Source: Magnetococcales bacterium (GTDB lineage Bacteria > Pseudomonadota > Magnetococcia > Magnetococcales > JADGCL01). Taken from it: a stretch of DNA of 64,000 nt. The stretch lies in contig JADGCL010000002.1 of NCBI GenBank assembly GCA_015229005.1, forward strand, positions 12,577-76,576, in the 5' to 3' direction. Position 1 is the first letter of the stretch, and every line of letters starts with the position of its first letter. The translations under genes and the position numbers were made by a program. Under the pieces are notes generated by a model that made no database searches, was not told the DNA's origin, and saw nothing but the letters and a program-made list of their open reading frames with translations. Shown piece by piece: positions 51,855 to 61,382 of the stretch.

Positions 51855-52361
51855 TCAGGGCCTGCGATGATGCTCCTCGTAGGCATCCAGAAAGCCGTCC
51901 AGGATCTCTCTGATCCGCTTCTCCAGGTCGGTGGAGGACGAACCCTTATTGAGATAAAAATGACAGCCTCGCTTTCCGATCTCGAAACCTTTATTGTTCA
52001 CTTCAGAATTGGCCGTCAATATGCCAGCCTGGGTTATAGGCGACCTGTCGAGAACGTGATCGACCAGGAAAACCCCTTCCTCACCAACAGGGACCTCCGG
52101 GTAATGGGGGTCATTCTGGGCACGCGCCAAGCTGAGATCCTGGTCGATGATCGCGAGTGCCAAACACAAGTCCGGGGTTGCGATCGGTCCCTTCACGACC
52201 TCCTTGAACTTTTCGAGAACGGCAAGAGTGTCAACGATCCCCCGGGTACGAATGGGATCCACCCCGGTGATACTCTTCAGGGTCACCCGAAGGCTTTTGA
52301 AAGATTCATCGTCATCCTCGACGACCAGGACCTTCAGCCCCGCATAGGTACTCTTGGCCAT
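51855..52361 (-). CDS. Stand-alone response regulator receiver protein (copy 2)
   Basis: VLVVEDD, LAIID (phosphoacceptor), ILTA, FYLNK; 168 aa; GGAGGA RBS. Confidence 0.85.
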   Translation of the reverse strand: MAKSTYAGLKVLVVEDDDESFKSLRVTLKSITGVDPIRTRGIVDTLAVLEKFKEVVKGPIATPDLCLALAIIDQDLSLARAQNDPHYPEVPVGEEGVFLVDHVLDRSPITQAGILTANSEVNNKGFEIGKRGCHFYLNKGSSSTDLEKRIREILDGFLDAYEEHHRRP

Positions 52362-52497
52362 GCCCCATCCTCCTCCGCTGTCGACAAGATCAATGCCTCC
52401 GGTGAAACTCACCCGACCTGGAGCCGGATCTGAATGGTACCCCCTCTCCTCCCCATCACACTCCCGATCGCATCGAGAACAGGCGAACAACCAGGAA

Positions 52498-53004
52498 TCA
52501 GACCGTATGATTATAATCTTTGAAGGCATCCAGAAAGCCGTCCAGGATCTCTTTGATCCGCTTCTCCAGGTCGGGGGATGACCAATTCTTGTCGAAATAA
52601 AAGTGGCCCCCGCCCCGTCCGGTTTCAAAGCCTTTATTGTCCGACCCATAATATGCCGTCAGAATCCCGACCTGGGTTACCGGCAATCTGGCGTTAACAT
52701 GCGGAACCAGGAAAACCCCCTCTTCACCCACAGGGACATCCTGGTAATAGGGTTCATTCTGGGCACGCGCCAGGCTGAGATTCTGGTCGATGATCGCGAG
52801 CGCCAAACACAAGTCCGGGGTTGGGATCGGCCCCCTCGCGACCGCCTTGAACTCATCGAGAATAGCGAGGGTATCAGCAATCCCCCGGGTACGAATGGGC
52901 TCCACCCCGGTGATACCCTTCAGGGTCACCCGAAGGCCGTCGAAGGAATTGTCGTCATCCTCGACGACCAGGACCTTCAACCCCGCGTAGATACTCTTGG
53001 CCAT
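52498..53004 (-). CDS. Stand-alone response regulator receiver protein (copy 1)
   Basis: VLVVEDD, LAIID, ILTA, FYFDK; 168 aa; AAAGGAGG upstream. Confidence 0.87.
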   Translation of the reverse strand: MAKSIYAGLKVLVVEDDDNSFDGLRVTLKGITGVEPIRTRGIADTLAILDEFKAVARGPIPTPDLCLALAIIDQNLSLARAQNEPYYQDVPVGEEGVFLVPHVNARLPVTQVGILTAYYGSDNKGFETGRGGGHFYFDKNWSSPDLEKRIKEILDGFLDAFKDYNHTV

Positions 53005-53052
53005 TCCCTCATCCTCCTTTGCCGCCGACAGGATCGACGATCCCCGTGAAAC

Positions 53053-55248
53053 TCACCCGACCGGGAGTCGGATCTGGATGGTGCTCCCCTCTCCCGGTTC
53101 GCTTCGAACCACCGCCAACTCCCCCCCCATCGCCGTCACGAAGGCCTGTGCAGTCACCGCCCCGATGCCCCTCCCCTCCGGCTTGGAGGTGAAACCCACC
53201 CAACCAAAATCGGCCCGGGCCTGAGCGTCCATGCCGATCCCCCTGTCCACCACCTCCACAATGGCCCAGCGCTCCCCCAAGCGGCGTACCGAGACCCGGA
53301 TCTCGTTCATTCGCCCGGACTGTGAAGCCTCAACGGCATTGTCAAGAAGAATCCTTAAAGACTGGAACAGGCTTAACCCGTCGAACTTGAAGTGGCAATC
53401 TTCTCCGGGATGAAACGAAACCGACCAGGAACGAGGGTCCGGTTCACGCCGGAACCTGGCCACCGCCTCTCCGACAAAAGCGGAGAGACTGGCCCGCTCG
53501 CCCACGCTGCGTGAGAGAAAGGTCTGGTAATCGCGGAAATTGGCGACCATCTCTTTTACGTGCCGGAGGCCTGTCCGCGCCGACTGGCAAAGCCTGACCA
53601 CGTCCTCCCTTTGGTCAGAGTAGTCGATCCAGAGGGGCTCTCCGGCAAAGGCCCGATCCAGGAACCGGTGATTGACCAGGGTATCAACCGGCCTCAGGCC
53701 GTTGATGACCTCATGGGTCAGGCTGCGATGGGCATCGCCGAGGAGTTGGCTGTAACGCAACTTGTCGAAGGCGGTGGTGGCATCCCAGAGATCGAGGACC
53801 GTATTGCCGGCACACCCCAGGGCAAGAAACAGGTAGGAGAGAAAGATCCACGGAAAATCCTTCGCCACCGGATAACTCTGCATCGCGAAAGGACCCAGGC
53901 ACGCCAGGATCAGGGCACTGACGAAACACCCCCACACCACCTGGTTGAACCGGTGTTCCCTCTCCTCCCTGCCGAACTCCCGGGCATGGAACCCTCGTCC
54001 CAGAAGCCGGTCTATCAGGAACGCGAGAAGCCGCGATCGACCAACTCCCCGACCAAACAAGCCCCATAACAGACCAAAAAGGAACACGGACAGGAGGAGG
54101 ACAATCAACGCCTGGACCCACGGCTCGAGCCTCAGGGCACCCAATCCCAGGAAGATTCCCTGAAAACCAAAAGGGGAGATAAACAGGAAGACAAACCCCA
54201 GGAGTTGGTCTTGCCCGGTCAGGATGAATTCCCGGTCACAGTGGATGCGGACCCTCACCGCCAGGGCGGCGGCCAGGAGAAAAAAGAAGAGCGAGACGAC
54301 CACGCCCCAGGCATGCAGCAACCCCGCATCACTCTCCAGATAATAGCCGGAAAACTCTCCCGCCAATGCCTTGGGATCCCAGCCCAGATCGAACCAGCCC
54401 AGATTGAACACGCCCAGATCGACAAGGGCCTGGCCCATCACCAGAAACGAGAAAATACACAAAATGACCCACGCGCCGGCGAGGAGAACGGACGGCATCA
54501 GGGATTCCTCATTCGACCCCGGTCTGCCCGGAATCCTGGCGGTGAAAACAAACCACGGCACAAAGAGCCACTCCCGGAAGAAGTTCAGGTTGCCGAACCG
54601 ACCATCGGTATCCCGAAACTCCCGCCACCACCCCTTCCCCCGGCCTGAGGTGAACCAGCCCGGATAGAAGAAGGAGAGGAGAAGCGCCGTGAAAGGGAAG
54701 GGAAACATCCCCAGAAAAAAGAGCCCGGCCCGATTGGAAAAATAGGCCGCCGCCACCTTCACCGCTGCCTTATCTGCCGCTGCCTCCGCCGAAGCCTTGG
54801 CCAGCACCACCTCCGCCGACGCCGCCACCTCCGCCGTCACCTCCGCCATCGCCGACGCCCCCGCAGCCGCCGCAGCCGCCGATTTCACCGCAACAACCTT
54901 GGCAGCCGCCGACTCCGCCACTTCCAATGCCAATTCTCCCTCACCCTGCAACAGACGACCGCCGGAGAGGCAGAGAATGCCGATCCCCAACGAGAGGAGG
55001 GTGCCCGCAGCCGCCAGGTGGTACTCCTTGCGATGGCGACTGCCGACGCGGTTGACCAACTCGTAGAGAAACAACTGCTGCACCGAGAACGAGAGGCCGA
55101 CCAGGGCCGTGCCGATCCCCAGGAAGGGCAAAGTCCGCCGGTCCCCGAAGAACCAGAGGGAGAAACCGAAGATCAGGAAAAAGCCCGCCATGAAGAGAAG
55201 CTGCGCAGGGGCCAGCGCCACGCCCACTCTGTGATCAGACCCCATCAT
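53053..55248 (-). CDS. Polytopic membrane sensor histidine kinase
   Basis: About ten or more hydrophobic segments; H-box SLTHEVING, N-box LLDNAVEA, G1 DRGIGM, F/G2 GFTSKPEGRGIG; ATG overlaps the upstream TGA (TGATG). Confidence 0.88.
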   Translation of the reverse strand: MMGSDHRVGVALAPAQLLFMAGFFLIFGFSLWFFGDRRTLPFLGIGTALVGLSFSVQQLFLYELVNRVGSRHRKEYHLAAAGTLLSLGIGILCLSGGRLLQGEGELALEVAESAAAKVVAVKSAAAAAAGASAMAEVTAEVAASAEVVLAKASAEAAADKAAVKVAAAYFSNRAGLFFLGMFPFPFTALLLSFFYPGWFTSGRGKGWWREFRDTDGRFGNLNFFREWLFVPWFVFTARIPGRPGSNEESLMPSVLLAGAWVILCIFSFLVMGQALVDLGVFNLGWFDLGWDPKALAGEFSGYYLESDAGLLHAWGVVVSLFFFLLAAALAVRVRIHCDREFILTGQDQLLGFVFLFISPFGFQGIFLGLGALRLEPWVQALIVLLLSVFLFGLLWGLFGRGVGRSRLLAFLIDRLLGRGFHAREFGREEREHRFNQVVWGCFVSALILACLGPFAMQSYPVAKDFPWIFLSYLFLALGCAGNTVLDLWDATTAFDKLRYSQLLGDAHRSLTHEVINGLRPVDTLVNHRFLDRAFAGEPLWIDYSDQREDVVRLCQSARTGLRHVKEMVANFRDYQTFLSRSVGERASLSAFVGEAVARFRREPDPRSWSVSFHPGEDCHFKFDGLSLFQSLRILLDNAVEASQSGRMNEIRVSVRRLGERWAIVEVVDRGIGMDAQARADFGWVGFTSKPEGRGIGAVTAQAFVTAMGGELAVVRSEPGEGSTIQIRLPVG

Positions 55249-58200
55249 CACCCCCAGCGCTGGTCGGCCCGGTAGGACTCCTCGGTCCAATCGAAGAAGA
55301 GATTTCCCCGGCGGCGGATGCCGTCGAGCCACTCGCGGACGCGGGCCGGGGCGACCCCGTGATCGACGGTGGCCGCCTTTTCCAGGTGCCGATACTCGGC
55401 CGCCAGGGTGGTATTGAAAATCCCGGGATCGTCGGTATTGACGCAGAGGTCCAGCGGACCGCCGCGGATCCCGAAACGATTGTACCGGGCCCCCGGGGCA
55501 AGGAGCGCCGCCTCGGGCGGCGACCAGCGAAAGATCGGGTGTTCGGCGTAGGAGCGGATCGGCGCGATCGCCAGGTTGGAGGAGGGGCAGACCTCGACGG
55601 CCACCCCGGCCTTGGCCAGACGCGCCATCAGGTCATCCTGGATCACCTCCCAGGCCTCGGCCTCCAGGGGAGTGATTCTTTCGTAGGAGAAGTCGTTCTC
55701 TCCCCCATGTTCATCGTAGTGAAGCGAGAGGAGCCGATTGGCATAACCCTGATACCGCTCCCAACCTGCGGTCGGCGCCTCCTCGGCGGCGCACCCCCGC
55801 CCCGCAGTCGGGAGTGCGCCCTCCCACTGCCTCCCTGAGACCGGGCGACACTGCTCGTTCCGCAGCCGGTAGCGCTCCCGCCGGCGGGCATTGACCAAAG
55901 AGAAAAAGTGCCGGTCCTCCCGTTTCATGATCCACTCGGTCTGCCCGGCCAACTCCGCAAACCGCCTGAGCGAGGCCTGACCGATGGGGTCCCAGTGCAA
56001 GGCCTCGTGCCCCCGGCGCAGACAACTCTGCATCGGCAGATCGCAGCGGTCCCAGCAGGGACGAAAGGCCTGGTGCAGGGCCTCCCGGGAGAAGGCCCGA
56101 AACCGCCAGAAGCGGTACCACAGCTCCGGGTGCCGGGCCTCGGCCTCCGGCCCGTGCAGCACCTTGGCCAGATCGCGAACCCGATATTCATAGACCGGCA
56201 ACAAGGCGGCCGCCCTGGGCCAGCGCGGCAGGATACGAACCAGCATCGCCCAGGCCCAGACCATGTTGTCGAAATACTCTTCGCGGGTCACCAGGATGTT
56301 CGGATGGCGTTCGAGCCACAGCGTCGGGGCGAGCCCCAGGGCCAGGGCGTGACCGATCCGATCGCCCGGCCCCAACTCACAAAAGGTCAACGCCTCATCG
56401 ACCGCACGGATGCCGGTCAGGAGGCAGGAGAAATCCTCACCGGCATGGACATGCACCGGAAGGCGCCGCCGCCAGGCCGTCCGCCATTGGCGGCTGTGAA
56501 GCGGCGAGCGCTCCTCCGCCTGCCGGTGGGGACGCCGCAGATAGAGGATGCAGGGGGAGAAAAACTCGATCGGCAGATCCGGCTCCACCCCGGCGACATC
56601 GATCCCCGCAATCAACCGGGTCATATCCAACGGCCCGGCCTCGCATCGGCGCCGCCAGGACCGCCAGGCCCCCCCCGGCATCTCCCTCCCCCCGCCGAAC
56701 ATCGGCAGGAAGCGGGGCGGCAGACGCCGCGACTGCGGACTCGACAGAAAGGCATCCAGCTCCAGGGTCTGCCGTTGAATCTTCTCCCAGCGGCGCCCCC
56801 GTTCCAACCGCCGCTCCTCGAGGGCCTGGCGACACGGGTCCCCCGACGGCGGCAGCCAGTTCTCCAGGGTGCGAATGTAGTGCAGGGTGAACTGGAACCC
56901 CCGGGAACAACCGCTCCCCTTGCCCAACCCCGTCGTCGCGTAGGCGACCGGCGGCTCTCCCGGAGGGATCGCCTCGCCACTCCCGTCCGCCTCCCGTGCC
57001 GCCCGATGCAGGATCTCCATCAATGACCCCAATCGTTCAACGTCGAGGAAGGTATCGAAACCGATCCGGGCATTGATCTTGTCCACCCCGGCGCGATACA
57101 TCCCCCGCGCCCGGTCGAGGCCGTTGTTGCCGCGCAGAACCTCCTGGAGTTCCGCCTGATCCTCGGCGTTGCGCAGGGCACTGTCGTAAAAATCGGAAAA
57201 CCAGCGCAGCCCGGTGCCATGCCCCATCACCATGTAGGAACGCAGGATGCCGATCCCGTGAATAAAGAGGCGCACGAAGGGATGCGCCTCGGCCAACCGG
57301 CGCTCCATCATGGAGAGATGACACACCACCAGGGTGGTCAGGAGAAAGGCGGAAAACTCCCCCTCGCGGAACTGGGCCTCCGCCTCCCGCGAGAGCATCC
57401 GGAGGCGCTCCAGGATCTCCTCCGGGATCCGCCCCGAGCCCTCACCCCGCAGGCCACCCAGCTCCCGGACCCAGGGACAGGGCTGGCGGCTCCCCCCCCG
57501 CAGGACCAGCGCCACCTTGTACCGCCCCTCCCGGCACAACCCCGCACGATCCTGCCGCCAGGGCAGGAGCCGGAGAAAGCGGTAGGCGATCCGCACCAGG
57601 TCGATGACCTGGATGATCCGGAGCGTCCCGGCGTTGAGGCATTGAAATTCGGGGATGTTCGGCAATAGCCGCTGAAACCCGGGCGCACGCCACTTCCCGG
57701 GCACCGAGGGGGCCCGGAGAATCGCCGCAAGCTGCGTCGCCGGCTGGATGGCGCCACCGAAATGGACGTGGTTGTCGGCCAGGGGGAGGTCGCTGTCGGC
57801 CTCGGCCAGGAAGGTCAACTCGTGGACCTTGCGGCAATACCCCACCACCTGCGGGAAGCTCAACCGATGCTGGTGAAGACGGTCGGCCAGCTCATGCCCC
57901 ACCACCACGAAAGGGTGGAGATGGTCCAGGGAATCCCGGTTCGCCCGCGAGTGGGCCATCTGCCGCTCCACGGTGTTGCCCTGGAGGCGATAGTGGCGGC
58001 CAAAGACCGCAGCAAGAAATTCATAGCCATAGTGAAAGGGAAAACCATCCAGCGGAGCCCAACCCACACGCTCGTCCCTCTCCAGCGCCCGTTGAAGGTC
58101 GTCCAGGCGATAGCTGTCCGAGGCGTAGTCACGCATCACCGCGAGCGCCAGCTCCCCGCCCGGATCGGCGCCATCCCGCCCCCGCCGCCTCCACTCCCGC

Positions 58201-58322
58201 TCGAACCGCTCCAGGTGGTACGGCTCCCGCGATGCCGCCACCTGCTCAGCCAGCGCCAGCAGCAACCGGTCCGAACGCACCAGCATGATCCCGGGAATGG
58301 CGCTCAGAAACTCCCCGCCCAT
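55248..58322 (-). CDS. rdrB: Large adenosine deaminase, RADAR RdrB-like
   Basis: All ADA catalytic motifs: NHVHFGG, GIDVAG, HAGEDF, DRIGHALALG, EVCPSSN, VNTDDPGIF; 1024 aa; directly downstream of a P-loop ATPase. Confidence 0.8.
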   Translation of the reverse strand: MGGEFLSAIPGIMLVRSDRLLLALAEQVAASREPYHLERFEREWRRRGRDGADPGGELALAVMRDYASDSYRLDDLQRALERDERVGWAPLDGFPFHYGYEFLAAVFGRHYRLQGNTVERQMAHSRANRDSLDHLHPFVVVGHELADRLHQHRLSFPQVVGYCRKVHELTFLAEADSDLPLADNHVHFGGAIQPATQLAAILRAPSVPGKWRAPGFQRLLPNIPEFQCLNAGTLRIIQVIDLVRIAYRFLRLLPWRQDRAGLCREGRYKVALVLRGGSRQPCPWVRELGGLRGEGSGRIPEEILERLRMLSREAEAQFREGEFSAFLLTTLVVCHLSMMERRLAEAHPFVRLFIHGIGILRSYMVMGHGTGLRWFSDFYDSALRNAEDQAELQEVLRGNNGLDRARGMYRAGVDKINARIGFDTFLDVERLGSLMEILHRAAREADGSGEAIPPGEPPVAYATTGLGKGSGCSRGFQFTLHYIRTLENWLPPSGDPCRQALEERRLERGRRWEKIQRQTLELDAFLSSPQSRRLPPRFLPMFGGGREMPGGAWRSWRRRCEAGPLDMTRLIAGIDVAGVEPDLPIEFFSPCILYLRRPHRQAEERSPLHSRQWRTAWRRRLPVHVHAGEDFSCLLTGIRAVDEALTFCELGPGDRIGHALALGLAPTLWLERHPNILVTREEYFDNMVWAWAMLVRILPRWPRAAALLPVYEYRVRDLAKVLHGPEAEARHPELWYRFWRFRAFSREALHQAFRPCWDRCDLPMQSCLRRGHEALHWDPIGQASLRRFAELAGQTEWIMKREDRHFFSLVNARRRERYRLRNEQCRPVSGRQWEGALPTAGRGCAAEEAPTAGWERYQGYANRLLSLHYDEHGGENDFSYERITPLEAEAWEVIQDDLMARLAKAGVAVEVCPSSNLAIAPIRSYAEHPIFRWSPPEAALLAPGARYNRFGIRGGPLDLCVNTDDPGIFNTTLAAEYRHLEKAATVDHGVAPARVREWLDGIRRRGNLFFDWTEESYRADQRWG

Positions 58323-58331
58323 GACGAACCC

Positions 58332-61300
58332 CTACCCGACCGGCGGTGTGTAGGGCACTCTGAAAAGGCGGTGCAACTCATCGACCTGATCCCCATAACC
58401 GAGGCGCTTGAGTTCGGCGAACACCCTGGCGTAGGGAAGCTCGGGATCCTTGAGAATCCGCGTCAGAAGCCACAGCTCCGACGGCCCGAGGGTGCGGGAC
58501 ACCCGGGAAAATCTCTCGGAAACCTCCCCGACCCAACGCCGGAATGCCTCCACCCGGGCGTGAAGATCGGAGCCATACCGCTTCGAGGGTTCCCCCAACC
58601 ACCCGAGGATGGTCTCCCGGGTGATCCGATTTTTCTCGACATGGATGAAAAAGAGGGGCTCCCCCGCCCCCTTCCCGGCGAGCAGGACCCGGACCAGGGG
58701 GTGACACCTCAGGGCATCGTACAAAGAGACGAGGCGATCCGTCCGCCGGCAGCCCCGACAATCCCCCGACGGCACCTCCCTGTCAAGCTCTGGACAATTG
58801 ACCCGGACCGCCGCCGGTATCACCCTCGCCGGATCAGCACCCTCGTCTCTGCAGGACTTGTCGATATCCAGGGATGCCGCGTTCACCCAGCCCCGCTTTT
58901 CCACGATCGCCGCCGCATTGAGAAGACCCAGGACGTAGAACCGCAGATAGGTCACAATATCCACCGAGTGACCGCCTTCGGTCACCAGGAGACGAACCTG
59001 GGCATCCAGATCCTTGATCTGAGAGGAAAAGACGCTCAGGAGATGGTAAACACGGACTGCCGTCCAGCGAAGCGCCAACCGCGCCAGCCGCTCCCGCCAC
59101 TCCCGCAGGCCAACACTCCCGGAGAGCCGCCGGGCCAAATACTCTTCAAGACCTTCCGATCTGGAGCCCTGCTTCTCATCCTCCAGACCCCCGCAAGGGC
59201 CCTCTTTCACCCCGGCTTCGGATTCCCGCGAAACCGGCTCCCCGGCCTCCACCTTCGCTCCCCCGGAACCCCCTCCCCCCTGGGAAGACCCGGTCCAGGG
59301 CGATTCCCGGTCGAACAGGCGGAGGGCATCGACCATTCCCGAGTCGTTCCGGGGCTGAAAAAGGGAGAAGAGCAGGGCGAAGAGGCGATCCAGGGAAATC
59401 ACCGCCGGTTCCGGAGGCCTGGTGGAAGAGCCGCAGCTTCCCACCAGTTCCGCCCAAAACCACTCCGATGGCAAAAGCGATCCCTTCCCTTCCATCTCTT
59501 TCCACCGTTCCGAGTCCAACACCAGAGAGATGGGATCCCGGTTGCGGCGGCGCTCGCCGCCGGCATCCGGAATCAGAAACGGCAGGCGATCACCGAGATC
59601 AGGATCCTCCTCCAGCACCCACCGGATCATGGCCCAGGGATCGAAGGCCTCCCCCATGGCCTCGACCTGCCTCTCCAGGGAAAGAACCCCCCAAAGATCG
59701 AGTCCCTCCTGTTCTTTCTGACGATAAGCTGCCGACGAGGCCTCCCCGGCCTTCAACACGACGGCCCGCATCCGCGACCACAGGCCCTCTCCATGGACCA
59801 CCACAGCGGAACCGTTCTGCCGGACCGACAGAGAAGAGGCGATCCCCGCCGCGAGGAGATCCTGCCACCACCAGGAGGCCTCCGACCGGCAGGCAAGCGG
59901 CTGCCAGGCAACAGGCGATGTGAACATTCTCCGGACCCATTGCTCCTCCTTCTCTTCCCCCCGCATTTGCCTATCGCCGGAAAGCCCCTTATACCACCCC
60001 GCCAGTGCCGGTTCCGCCGGGAGTTTCTCCTTCCGAGTTATCACATCCCGTCCCACTCGCTTCAGCAAGCTGTCTATGCCGGCCAACAGGTCAAAGACCT
60101 CCCCCTCAATCGCGTGGAGCGCCTGGATCAGATTGCGCAGCGAACCGTCAAACAGCGACTGGGATGGAGAGCCGGCGTCGGCCAATCCCACACCGAAGTG
60201 GATCACCGCCCGCTCCAGGGCGAAATAGTTCTCCATATGGATGGCATACGTCTGCCGTTTATCCCCCGTACCCCGCGCGAATTTCAGGATCCACTCCTTC
60301 CAGCCCCCCGCCGGGTGACGATGGCGACCGATATAGATACGGTTATGGAGCGGAAACACCTTGGAAAAATAGCCCTCCACAAACTGACTTACATGCCGTT
60401 TGAGAGAACCCTCCGGATCCTTCACCGGCGAGAGGGACTCCACCCCGGTCAGGTGCGGAGGAAAGAGGTGGCTTCCCGGGGAAATACCCAGATTCTTCGT
60501 CTGGAAATCGTGCCACTTGTTGTCCTTGAAATTGTCGATCTGACCGGAGACCACCGGCAGGAGGCGGGGAGAGTTCAGGTAGCGGCGAATGATATCAAGG
60601 AGATGGTGGGCATGGTCGGGGGCCATATCGAGGTCATCGATGGGCAACACCAGGAGATCATTCCCGGTCGCCCGGGCAACGGCGTCAAAGAGATTATGCA
60701 ACGCCTGCTCCAGGCGGTGACTGTCCTGGCTGTAGCCGATGGTGTCGATCCCCTTGGTCTCACCGGACTTCTGGATGCTGTACCAGATCTGACCGACATC
60801 CTCCATGGCCTTGTCGATCCGGCCCTCCGCCTCCTCTTCCCGATCCGCCCACTGCTTCCCACCCGAATGCGCCCCGCACCGGCCCCCGCCACCGGCATGA
60901 GGCCCGCCACGACCGGCCCCCCTCCTCAGGGCGAGTTGGCCACCTTCATAAACATGGGCAACCATCGAGGGAATCAGATAGGAACTCCTCTCGATCTCGA
61001 TCAGGGTGGGATCGAACGGTCGCAGAAACAACACCTTCCGGAACGACTCCGATTCGCTCTCGCGGGAGCAGCCCCCCTCGCTCCGGTTCTGTTTTTTCAG
61101 ATACGACTCGAGATTCATCAGGAGATGCGTCTTCCCCATCCCCCGCCCGCCATCCAGAAAGATGGTGTTCGACGAACGGCAATCGTGGATATCGTCCAAC
61201 TCTTCCGGACGCCTTTCGTGCAGAAAACACAACGCCTGGCGGATGATCCTTCCGATCTGCTCGTAGAGATCGGGATAGAGGATATGGCCCTCTTCCCTGA

Positions 61301-61382
61301 CCACATTGACCAGGCTCTCCGAGACCCACAACTCCCGTATCCCAGCCGATTCCGCCGCTCCTGCCCCGTCGCCTGCCCCCAC
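58332..61382 (-). CDS. rdrA: Large P-loop ATPase, RADAR RdrA-like (GTG at 61382 with AGGAGG RBS; alternative start 61481)
   Basis: NTIFLDGGRGMGKT (Walker A), FDPTLIE, LVLPIDDLDM (Walker B), IRRYL, KVFP; 9 nt before the deaminase start. Confidence 0.75.
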   Translation of the reverse strand: MGAGDGAGAAESAGIRELWVSESLVNVVREEGHILYPDLYEQIGRIIRQALCFLHERRPEELDDIHDCRSSNTIFLDGGRGMGKTHLLMNLESYLKKQNRSEGGCSRESESESFRKVLFLRPFDPTLIEIERSSYLIPSMVAHVYEGGQLALRRGAGRGGPHAGGGGRCGAHSGGKQWADREEEAEGRIDKAMEDVGQIWYSIQKSGETKGIDTIGYSQDSHRLEQALHNLFDAVARATGNDLLVLPIDDLDMAPDHAHHLLDIIRRYLNSPRLLPVVSGQIDNFKDNKWHDFQTKNLGISPGSHLFPPHLTGVESLSPVKDPEGSLKRHVSQFVEGYFSKVFPLHNRIYIGRHRHPAGGWKEWILKFARGTGDKRQTYAIHMENYFALERAVIHFGVGLADAGSPSQSLFDGSLRNLIQALHAIEGEVFDLLAGIDSLLKRVGRDVITRKEKLPAEPALAGWYKGLSGDRQMRGEEKEEQWVRRMFTSPVAWQPLACRSEASWWWQDLLAAGIASSLSVRQNGSAVVVHGEGLWSRMRAVVLKAGEASSAAYRQKEQEGLDLWGVLSLERQVEAMGEAFDPWAMIRWVLEEDPDLGDRLPFLIPDAGGERRRNRDPISLVLDSERWKEMEGKGSLLPSEWFWAELVGSCGSSTRPPEPAVISLDRLFALLFSLFQPRNDSGMVDALRLFDRESPWTGSSQGGGGSGGAKVEAGEPVSRESEAGVKEGPCGGLEDEKQGSRSEGLEEYLARRLSGSVGLREWRERLARLALRWTAVRVYHLLSVFSSQIKDLDAQVRLLVTEGGHSVDIVTYLRFYVLGLLNAAAIVEKRGWVNAASLDIDKSCRDEGADPARVIPAAVRVNCPELDREVPSGDCRGCRRTDRLVSLYDALRCHPLVRVLLAGKGAGEPLFFIHVEKNRITRETILGWLGEPSKRYGSDLHARVEAFRRWVGEVSERFSRVSRTLGPSELWLLTRILKDPELPYARVFAELKRLGYGDQVDELHRLFRVPYTPPVG

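Larger units (their letters stand above)
51816..53093. repeat. Tandem duplication, two ~640-bp units (kinase 3' tail + receiver gene + downstream sequence)
   Basis: ACTCCCGATCGCATCG at 51816 and 52460; start codons 643 nt apart; kinase tail duplicated at about 52409-52450. Confidence 0.85.

Noticed and set aside
52362-52649. N-terminal extension of the listed 264-aa ORF 51855-52649
   Set aside because: It overlaps receiver copy 1 out of frame; paralog alignment and RBS place the start at 52361.
55248-58322. Housekeeping adenosine deaminase (add)
   Set aside because: About three times normal length and directly downstream of a large ATPase, which fits RdrB rather than purine salvage.
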